Source of the DNA: Octopus vulgaris
Taxonomy: Eukaryota
Reading direction: 5' to 3'
Assembly (NCBI GenBank): GCA_951406725.2
Contig: OX597821.1
Coordinates: 53,630,001-53,694,000, forward strand
DNA: 64,000 nt
Shown: positions 53,980 through 64,000 of the stretch, in pieces
Layout of the letters: every line of letters starts with the position of its first letter
Position numbering within the stretch: position 1 is the first letter of the stretch
The notes under the pieces: model-generated
Database searches by the model: none
What the model was told of the DNA's origin: nothing
Seen by the model: the letters and a program-made list of their open reading frames with translations, nothing else
Program-made: the position numbers and the translations under genes

Positions 53980-54232
53980 ATTTCAAATTTTGCCGCAAGG
54001 AGAGCAATCTGGAGGGAGCGGATAAGTCGTTTACATCAACCTCAGTGTTTAACTGGTATTTATTTTATCGACACGGAAAGGATGAAAGGCACAACCGACC
54101 TCAGCGGAATTTGAACTCAAAACGTGAAGATGGACGAAATGCTGCTAAGCATTTTTCCCGGCGTGCTAACGATTCTTATTTCTTTACTGCCCACAAGGGG
54201 CTACACACAGAGGGGACAAACAAAGACAGACA
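53980..54232 (-). mobile_element. Group B SINE pieces
   Basis: GGATGAAAGGCACAACCGACCTCAGCGGAATTTGAACTC..GGCGTGCTAACGATTCT. Confidence 0.8.
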
Positions 54233-54384
54233 AAGCCACTTGGTATTTTTAACTTCTTTAGCAAGTGCTTTGCACACATCGAACGATTCTCTCTTGCCAT
54301 ATGCACATAAAATGATAACAATAATTATAAAAATGATGATGATGATGATGATGTTTATGATGATGCTGATGATGATGATGAGAC

Positions 54385-55030
54385 TTGTATTGGTGATAAG
54401 GGCCCAAGACATGGAGGACAATATCAAAGAGATGATACAAGACAAAATGAGTGGCGTTTACATCGATTAAGGTTAACCATATAACATTAAAGAATATAAG
54501 AAAAGGATACATAAATAGAAATTAGAAAAATAGATAATTTATCAACCGAATCCCCAATAGTGGGTGGACTGCAATGATAGTTCACAACAAAATTTAAACA
54601 ATAAAATTCTGCAAAAGCGGAGAGTTCCACTGACCAAGGAGTCTCCCCTCCACACACACACCCCCTGGTAACACCAACGGCACCTTAGGCTGGTACCTCA
54701 ATCTCTCTGAGGTCTTACGTCCTGCAAACGCATGTATGGAGTAAGCTCATTCACATAGGCCATTCACGCCACGTTCATCGAGCTTTCAAAAAATACTGGG
54801 ATGAAGCAGTTCCCTCTCCACCCTGATTTTCCTTTTCGAGAGGAGCCTGAAGAAGTCGATGCGTGCTTGGCCGAAGAGGAAAGTATCTGTCTTCAGTCCT
54901 TTCAATCTCGTCCATCACACTATCTCTTTCGCTATAGCCACCAGTCAAAAGAAATCCGCCTTCGTCATGATGGACTCGGCTGATAACCGGATCAGTCTTA
55001 CACACGTCAACACGAATAATTGAGTTAATA
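54385..55030 (-). mobile_element. L1/Tx1-type ORF2 C-terminal fragment with 3' UTR, degenerate
   Basis: Minus strand: LVAIAKEIV*WTRLKGL..FFRLLSKRKIRVERELL..F (AK..IW..R motif of the L1/Tx1 C-terminus). Ends at a (CAT)n tract. Confidence 0.6.
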
Positions 55031-55149
55031 GCAGTTGTAATAATAGCAACATTTCTATCAATAACGGACATTATTGATTAGTCTGCGGTAATGATACCAT
55101 CGCGACATTTACTCATGGTAACCGTTCCACTATCAGAAACATTGATTAT

Positions 55150-55201
<52 letters not shown>

Positions 55202-55223
55202 GTAATAATAATAATAATAATAA

Positions 55224-56172
55224 CGGGCAGAAACAAATTGAAAAGTGCTGGATCCAGAAGCCTCTGCATGTACAGAATGCTGACGTAGACCAAGCAACAA
55301 CCCATCAGTGTCTGAGAAGCTCAGGACTGGAAGCAGAGACTGAAGGTCTCATATTGGCGGCACAAGATCAAAGCTTACCCGCCAAAAACTACCAGGCTAA
55401 CGTTCTTCAAAACAGTTCTGACGCTAAATGCAAATTATGTGATAAATCTGATCAAACAATACACTCTTTTGCTTTGGGATGTCCTGTGCTGACACCAAAC
55501 GAATACAAAAATCACCACGATGGTGTAGGACAGTATTTACAATGGAAAGTATGTAAGCACTACAAAATTAACATAGCTGCTTACTAGTATGAATATCATC
55601 ATGAGCCAGTCGTTGAAAGTAAAAATATCAGTATCCTCTGAAATTATCCAGTCAACACGGAGAGAACGATCCAAGCTAATCGACCAGACATAGCCATTAT
55701 AGATAAAAAAGAAAATATTTGTAGACTAATAGATGTAAGTGTTCCAACTCATAAAGATATATCTGTAAAGGAATTTGACAAATTAAATAAATATAAGGAT
55801 TTGGAAATTCAAATACAAAAGATATGGCATCTTAAAGCGAGAACTGTTCCTGTAATTGTGGATGACCTAGGTATGATAAGAAAGGTATGTCAGAAACATC
55901 TTGATAATATCCCAGAAGAACCACGTCTCAGTTTTTCTAAGGATGTAGGCAGTACTTGTCAGCAGTCTTTTCGATTTCTGTCTTTCACTTTAAATGTATG
56001 TTTTATTGCATGAAGATATTACATGAAGAAATATGAAAATATTTCGCTACTGCCCTTAAAACTTCATCTTCCCCAACTTTCAGTCATACTGTAACATCTC
56101 TTATCGTTCACTCGCCCTAGGACGCTGGGTGTGTCTCGGTGAGTGATTGTAACAAACATGGAGATTAAAATT
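55224..56172 (+). mobile_element. R4/Dong LINE 3' fragment (older subfamily) in (TAA)n
   Basis: LRSSGLEAETEGLILAAQDQSL..CKLC..CPVL..NRPDI..IDVSVP..KYKDLEI with in-frame stops. (TAA)n on both sides. Confidence 0.9.
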
Positions 56173-56173
56173 A

Positions 56174-56230
<57 letters not shown>

Positions 56231-56232
<2 letters not shown>

Positions 56233-57023
56233 AATGGTTGAGAAGCTCAGGACTCAAAGCAGAAACAGAGCGATTTTTAATTGCAGCACAAGACCAAAGC
56301 CTCCCCACCAGAAATTACCAAAAACATGTAATGAAAAGAAATATAACAAGTAACTGCAGAATATGTGGAGATGGACAAGAAACAATAAATCATATTTTCT
56401 CTAGCTGCCCAGTCCTGGCTAAGAAGGAATATATTCACAGACTTGACAGAGTTGGAACCTACATACATTGGAAGCTATGCCAACATTATGGAATAACAAC
56501 AGAAAAAAGAAGGTATAGGCACACACCAGAAAAGGTCACAGAAAACGAGAAAGCAACCATACTCTGGGATATGCCGATACACACAGATCTAAAAATTAAG
56601 GCCACCAGACCAGATATAGTTGTCAAAGATCATGAAGAAAAAAAATGCTTTCTAATTGATGTATCAATACCGGCTGATGACAACGCGTCTCTAAAAGAAA
56701 TGGAGAAACTCTCAAAATACAAAGACCTGGAAATAGAGGTAACCAGGATGTGGAATCTAAAAACAGAAACAATTCCTATCATAGTAGGTGCATTAGGCAT
56801 GATAAAACAATATTCAGACAAATACATAACAAAAACACCAGGACTTACAAACACATATAACATACAGAAAATTGCACTACTAGGCACTGCACACATCCTA
56901 CGCAGAAAACCTTCCATACAATAACCATCAGAGCATCACAACAAATCACAGCACATACCCAAGGCACACAGAGCTGCGCTCCGTAGTGAAGTGAAAGCAC
57001 GCTATAAAAATAAAACTACTGAA
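56231..57023 (+). mobile_element. R4/Dong LINE 3' fragment (young), 5'-truncated, in (TAA)n
   Basis: Open 228-aa frame plus ~100-bp 3' UTR. (TAA)n on both sides. Confidence 0.95.
56238..56924 (+). CDS. C-terminal zinc-knuckle plus restriction-like endonuclease (RLE) domain of an R4/Dong retrotransposon ORF (truncated, not a host gene)
   Basis: CRIC..ETINHIFSSC (CCHC), RPDIVV..LIDVSIP and KLSKYKDL (PD..D..K.KY motif of RLE LINEs). Confidence 0.9.
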   Translation: MRSSGLKAETERFLIAAQDQSLPTRNYQKHVMKRNITSNCRICGDGQETINHIFSSCPVLAKKEYIHRLDRVGTYIHWKLCQHYGITTEKRRYRHTPEKVTENEKATILWDMPIHTDLKIKATRPDIVVKDHEEKKCFLIDVSIPADDNASLKEMEKLSKYKDLEIEVTRMWNLKTETIPIIVGALGMIKQYSDKYITKTPGLTNTYNIQKIALLGTAHILRRKPSIQ

Positions 57024-57059
57024 TAATAATAATAATAATATTGATGATGATGATAACAA

Positions 57060-57430
57060 TCTTTTCTACTATAGGCTCAAGGTCTGAAATTTTGGGGGTG
57101 GGCAAAGTCGATCACATGGATCCCAGTTCCTGCTGGTAATTAATTTACCGACCTGGAAATTATTAAAGGCAAAGTGGGCCCGGGGAAATTTGAACTCAGC
57201 GTGCTAACAAATTTCGCTCAGCGTGCTAACGAATCTGCCACCTCCCCGCCTTAACCATTTTACATTCTGGATGAAGAGCAGCAATTTTGGGTGTAAGCGT
57301 TTGTCGGTTACTTATTTTATCGGACCCCAAGGGATGAAAGCAAAGTCGATCTCTGCGGAATTTGAACTCAGAACTTGAAAACGGATGAAATGCCGCTAAG
57401 CTTATTACCCGGCGTGCTAACGATTCTGCC
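57060..57430 (-). mobile_element. Two degraded group B SINE copies
   Basis: AATTTGAACTCAG and GCGTGCTAACGA motifs twice. Confidence 0.75.
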
Positions 57431-57666
57431 TAATCAATACCTAGATGATGATGATAATATTAACAACAAAATCAATGATAGAACCAACAAAAGTTGTAAT
57501 AATAATTATGATAATTTATCGCTAATATTATCAATATTTTATCATCGTAGCCTGACACTACTTATAGTTGTGATTTTGTACTAATCTACCAACGTATTAT
57601 ATATAGACCACTTGCACCACTGAAATATCTTATATTAAATTATGGTCATTACTATTATTATTATTA

Positions 57667-57734
<68 letters not shown>

Positions 57735-58431
57735 ATCCGCCTCCTCCTCCTTCTTGATATTCTTCTCTACTTATTTTTATAGGTATTAACATTGTCATGC
57801 TTTAAATATTTTTATTCTTATATTATACTTCCATTTTTTTTACCGTATATCAGCAGCATTCAATGCATATTCGTCGTACAGTGAAAGAGTGCAAATCTTG
57901 AGCTAGTCTCATGAAGTGCCATTCCAAAATTTTCAACAACAAATATTGCGTAAAGGCTTAAATGTTCCCGTTTACATTCATTAAAAAAAGTGTTGTACCA
58001 AAACAGTTCAAAGAAACTATGAAGATGTAATAAATTAATTATTTGTCATACTTGTATTATATACGCGTGTGGGTGATATAAATTGCCAAATTTTAATGCT
58101 GAATTTGCTGTAAAACCTTTCTGTGTGTGGTATGTGCTTACGTCTATAAGCGTTAGTGTGTAAGTTCTGTATAATTTGTAGTTGATATTAGTCTCAATGG
58201 CACAAACGGTAAAACAAAATGCATTGTGAATTTTTTTTCGATTTCTAATTATTTGGGTTCTGCATCCAAATCCCTACGACAGTCAACAAAGTTTTTTATC
58301 CGTTCAGGTTTATCCCCTAGTCTCAAAATTGTTGGTCTTGTACCTAAATCATAAATAATTTGTAGTGTTCTAATTCTAGTTTCTAGCAAAAATCCTCCTT
58401 CCACCATTAGCTTAATTCCCCATACACACAA

Positions 58432-58466
<35 letters not shown>

Positions 58467-58973
58467 TACATACAAACACATAGAACAAGACATATTCAGA
58501 CGTGTAATATATACTTTTACTTTTGTAGGTTCGTATGTATTTATGTGTGTCTGTGTGAGTATCTATTATTTACTTGGGATTTATATATAGTACAGTCATA
58601 TAATGATACAGTAACATAACCATTTCCAATAATATTATTTTATGAAACGTATTTTAGTAATAATATTTGAATATAAAAAATAGGAAGAAAAATATAAATT
58701 AGTGAGCAGCTGCATGTCAGAAATCGATAACATTGTATTGATTTCAAACTGATATAATCACCTATTTTGCAAGCGGTAACTAACCTAGACATCCTGAAAA
58801 ATTTTATTAAATAAAATTCAAAGCATTCCTGGTTGAAAAGTTATGTTTAATAGCATTATATTTGTATGTGATATTCTTACTTAGTGAAAAAGAAAATCAA
58901 ACGTGAGCTATACGCGACACTCCTTTAATCCTTTGTAAGTCTTTCTCCTTTTGAACATATACAAATCACCGCA

Positions 58974-59060
<87 letters not shown>

Positions 59061-59074
59061 CATACATACATACA

Positions 59075-59106
<32 letters not shown>

Positions 59107-59267
59107 AATAATAATATTAGAGAGTATATCCAAACTTACAGGGAAAAATTAGATTTAGGATTAAATCAAATTTCACAAAAGAAAAAATGATATTATATTT
59201 ATTTTTATGTTTTGGTTTATGTGTATTACTGTTTGAGTTGTTTAATAGTCGTTTTATCTCTAATTTA

Positions 59268-59340
<73 letters not shown>

Positions 59341-60057
59341 GATATATACACTTCTACATGTATGTGTGAGTGAGTGTATAGATGCACACGCATACACACA
59401 CACATATATGTTGGCGTTATAAGACTACAGACAAAGCAATAGACACTGGGTAAAAACAATAATTTGTAAAAAATAGTTCGAAAGCTGCTCGTGAAACTCG
59501 AACGTACTACGTAGTTTTATAAACTCCGTGTATGATCGTTGCCAGCAAATGTGTGTGTGTGTGCGTACGTGCGTGAGGTAGAGTGAGATAGTGCTTGAAA
59601 ACGATAGGTTAGACAGTTATATTATATATAAAAAGATAACCACAGCAAAATGCCGAAGACAATGTTGAATATATGTACATTTATATAAACGCGCACACAC
59701 ACATATATATATATTTAAGTATGTATATATGTGTGTCTATGTGTATAGTGTATGTGTATATGGTATATGTGCTTATGCATGTGTGTGTGTGTGTGTATGT
59801 GTCTGTACATCATTTGTATTGACTGGAATTCAAGCTTTGCCTAGCATCTTTAGGTGGATTGGGCTTCAATGTAACATTCTGTTCTAATTCTTAAAGTTGC
59901 TTCCGAAAAGCCCTCTCGTTTTAACATTTATCTGAGGATATACCTATCAACATATCTATTATCTCTCTATATATGCTTATAAGAATATCATCTCTTCAAT
60001 TTTTCCCTGTAAGGAAAAATAATTTTATTATTAAAAATTCAAAGTTATACCATTTCA

Positions 60058-60238
60058 ATTCTATATTTAAGAGATGAGGAATTATGTACATTATTTACAT
60101 TTGACGGATCTTGTTTGTTGTTAAACACATCGTTTCGGCTGATATATCCTCCAGCCTTCATCAGGTGTCTTGGGGAAACTTCGAACCTGGGTTGTCATTC
60201 CTAATGAATTTTTCGATGTTCTTATCATTATCATCATC

Positions 60239-60289
<51 letters not shown>

Positions 60290-60446
60290 ATAATTATTAT
60301 TAAAATGACTTCGAAAAATACCTTAGGAATGAGAACTCAGGTTCGGAATTTCCCCACAATACCTGATGAAGGCTGGGGGTATACCAGCCGAAACGTTGTG
60401 TTAACAACAAACAAGATGAGGACAAATATTCGTCAAATGTAAATAA
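60058..60446. mobile_element. Palindromic hammerhead-bearing element, copy 3, with (ATT)n spacer and 13-bp TSD
   Basis: Arms 60058-60215 and 60310-60446. TTATACCATTTCA occurs at 60045-60057 and 60447-60459. Confidence 0.9.
60358..60402 (+). ncRNA. Minimal hammerhead motif (best-preserved copy of this family)
   Basis: AAUAC-CUGAUGA-A-GGCUGG(GGGUAUA)CCAGCC-GAAAC-GUU-GUGUU: 5-bp stem I, 6-bp stem II and loopless palindromic stem III (AACGUU). Confidence 0.75.
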
Positions 60447-60978
60447 TTATACCATTTCATTGTAAAAAACCAAGACAATGTCATATTTTGAACTTTAGAG
60501 GAAAATTTTGCTTATTTCTCTGTTACACTTTATGATTTCACTTGCAATGTGCATGGTAACAGGTTGGTTTTATATTTTTCTGAAAACGTAAGTTCATCCA
60601 CATTTTCACTTAGGCAATAAATAAATTCAAAGAAGGTGCCAGTTATTTTCGGGATGAATATGGATATAAAATGTGTATACAGGCTGCTCGCTGAAGCATT
60701 TGTCCGTAATTATAATTTTTGATTTTCGAAGAGATATTTTCTTCAACAGCCAGCTGACTTTGACGACGGTATCCAATTTCCATCCATGTCAGTTCGAAAC
60801 AACGATATCCGCCCTCTTACATCTGTACTGAGTAGAAGGTTGTATAGGGCTGTTTCAATAATAATACTAGACTTGATGTTTACGTATGTATTTAATAATA
60901 GAGGAGTACTTATGTATGGTTGCATAGTACATATCTGAACACACCACTCTGTCTCTCTCTCTTTCTCTCTCTCTCTCT

Positions 60979-61032
<54 letters not shown>

Positions 61033-62049
61033 CGTTTGTATGTGTGTGCATGTATGTATAACTATAGTACCACAGAAATACGAAAACTGAATTGATCATT
61101 TTGTCAAGATTAGGTGTGTTCTCGTTGTTATTATTATTGATACTGCTGCTACTTTATACAGAAAGACGTATTTGACAGAAACAATTTTGTCCTATTAATA
61201 TATCGATCGCAAAGAATCAAAATCGGAAAGCAACTCGCTGAATTTAGATGCAGAATACTAAGGTATACGAAATATAATTTACGCAACTAAACTTGCTTTC
61301 CACTTTTTCTGCTCTCTTATTAGATCTTTTTGCATAAAACGATGATTTCTGCTAAATTTATGGAGTGGCTTAGCGGGCTAGGTTCAGTGCAAATTATAAG
61401 ACTTACTTGTGGACTCTAGACGGTATGTTTATGCATAATTTATTTATACTATTTTGAAAAGTGTTGGGGATCATAACTAGGTATGATGTTATTCTGACAC
61501 TTCATGGTTTAATCATTAGCATACATTTTACTCTTCTGTGTAGAAACGTTACGTGTCTGTCGATTATATGATTAGTATGGATTTTCTTTTAAATTGAAAT
61601 TCAACTAAGGTCATTTGTATTCAGTCTGGTTGTACAATAGTTCGTTTGGGAAGTTGACTAGAAATTTCTTTTCGCTTACTTGTTTGATATTTTTGAATAC
61701 ATATGTGATTGCTGCAACGTTTACAATGAAGTTAAATGCCTTATAAATATTTCTCGAAATAATACAAGACTCTTCGTGACAAAATCTTAAATGTTTGTCG
61801 TTGCTTTAGTTTAGCTTTGTAAAAGTCTTGATCGAGTTGTGACTGGATATTTTCCAGATATGGCAATACCTTACAAACAAAGACTAATTATATTACTAGA
61901 ATCGCCATCAACCAACGTATACTTTCATTGCTACGATTTCTAGTAGTCTGAATGATGACAGAAATACCTCTTTGCACTTTGGACCATAAAAGGTGAAGAT
62001 AAATTTGCGAAGAAAATCTTCTGTGCAAATCAATATCCCAATACACACA

Positions 62050-62094
<45 letters not shown>

Positions 62095-62111
62095 ACATAT
62101 ATATATATATA

Positions 62112-63233
62112 TAAGGTCGTCCCATACGTTCTGTCCGAATTTGGAATAAAGAAAACAAGTGTTCAAATGTTATATTTAAATGAATTTTAATCATCAATGT
62201 AATTTCCCTAATTATCTATGACTTCCTTCCATCTATTTACAACTTTTTAAATCCCATCAATGTAAAACTCTTGGTTTCAAACTGAAGAACTCTGAAATGT
62301 CAGTTTTAATCTCCTCGTGGCTTATGAAAGTTATGTGCCCCAAATAATTCTGTAAACTATAAAACAAATGGTAGTCTGAAGGAGCGAGGGCGGGGGAATA
62401 AGGTGGATGAGAAACTTTTTCCCAACCAAGCTCTTCGTTCTTCTGTGATGTGATCTTCGTAGTGTGGGGTCGCGCTTTGTCCTGATGAAACATCACTCCT
62501 TTTCAATCCACTAAAGCGACTCTTTTTTTTTCTTCAAATCTTGGTTCAAACGCTCTAATTGCTGACAGTAGACTTGGGCATTGATTGTTGCATTAGGTGG
62601 TAACAATTTAAAGTCAATTACTCCTTTGCAATCTCACCAGATAGAGAGAAGAACCTTTTTCCCATGAAGTTCCCTTCTCGGTTCTGGTTGAACCTTTCTC
62701 CTTTTACCAAGCCACTGTTTACGACGTTTAACATTTCGTTAGAAGATCCATTTTTCGTCACCAGTCACACGTCTATCCAAAAAGGGTGAAATAGTTCGCG
62801 AGAATGGAGAGAAGAGCAGATGTCAACTGGAGATTTGCGGTTGCTTTCGGACAATTCATGAGGCACCCATTTCCCAAGTTTAGGAACTTATCCAAGTTGT
62901 TGAATATGAGGATGAACAGTTGTATGGTTTGAACTAAGCTTTAGTGCCAATTCTGCAACTGATAATGCAGGATTTTCTTCAAGTAATGCCTCAAAGAGCT
63001 TATCATCAAACTCAACTGGCCGTCCAGTTTGATCTTCATCTTCAAGGGTTCTATGTTAGAAAGGGTTTTAATCAAAGAAATTTTAATTCTGTTTTTCTGT
63101 AAAACAATATTTAATTAGTTTAAATGTACACAAATGCATAAATGCATTTTTTTCCATTATACATCGTAAAATACTATTAAATTTCATTAAATCTTAAAAA
63201 GGTAAAATCGGACAGAACTAATGGGATAAAATG

Positions 63234-63238
<5 letters not shown>
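62112..63238 (-). mobile_element. mariner transposon with both TIRs, degenerate and internally deleted, in (TA)n
   Basis: GKWVPHEL, FHQDKARPH and HPPYSPALAPSDYHLF motifs. TIRs TCCCATACGTTCTGTCCGA / TCGGACAGAACTAATGGGA. Confidence 0.92.
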
Positions 63239-63294
<56 letters not shown>

Positions 63295-64000
63295 CATACA
63301 TACATACATAAGACCATTTCTTTTTTTGAAGAACTAAAGCTTAGAAGTTACATTTAACAAAGAAAGTCGATGAAATATCATTCGATGTAATATATCTAAC
63401 GGCAACTGAGAGGTTACGATCCCTCTTGTCTTCACATGCACAACATTTATAGATTATCCTCTGCTGTATATGTAATGACAAATGAGTCAGTAACTTATCT
63501 CTTTCACTGAAATGGGAAAGAAAATCTGATGCACATAGTGTTAAAAGGAATAGCTATTATGGACACATATGAGGATTTAAACTTAAATTACAAATGTTGG
63601 ATTTTTTCCTTTGAAAGCAATGCATTGAAAATGTCATCACCTAATCTGTTATGTGAACAAAGTATCGAAATATTGGTCGGTCAATCTCAAGAAATCGTTT
63701 ATGTTGAACATAAGCTGGAAACTATCAGTAATTTACCACTCAAAAGGTCCATTTGCGTAGGAATTGAAGCGTATGAGAATTTAATTTAACTGAATCCATG
63801 GTTCAGAATTAAAACGAATACCAGAAATGATATGACACTGAATGTTTATGACATCAGCAGGAGACCCCACTCAATGCTGTGATACGATATTGACAGTGAT
63901 TTGAAAATCAAAATATGTCGCAGGAATCAGTCATTGTTCGCAGTTTTCAAAAGGCGATATGAGGATACCCTTTACAATAGCTAAATTAATGTTAGAAAGG

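Overview
AT-rich, microsatellite-dense, non-coding eukaryotic DNA. The SINE families look like those of octopus (Cephalopoda); this is my recognition and is not database-checked. No host protein-coding gene can be supported, and almost all listed ORFs are translated (TA)n/(CA)n/(TAA)n repeats. The window is a transposon graveyard containing three tRNA-derived SINE groups, R4/Dong LINE pieces sitting in (TAA)n, CR1 and L1/Tx1 pieces, Penelope-like (PLE) GIY-YIG and RT remnants, mariner/Tc1/pogo fossils and a TTAGGG-containing MITE. The most striking signal is a set of non-coding mobile elements carrying minimal type I hammerhead ribozyme motifs. The first is a young 1.9-kb insertion (40951-42840) made of tandem and inverted 560-bp monomers, with one hammerhead per monomer and a 17-bp target-site duplication (retrozyme-like). 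The second is a family of ~330-580 bp palindromic elements with a hammerhead motif on each arm (38458, 45015, 60058). Further solitary or degenerate hammerheads occur elsewhere. Ribozyme activity is inferred from sequence only.
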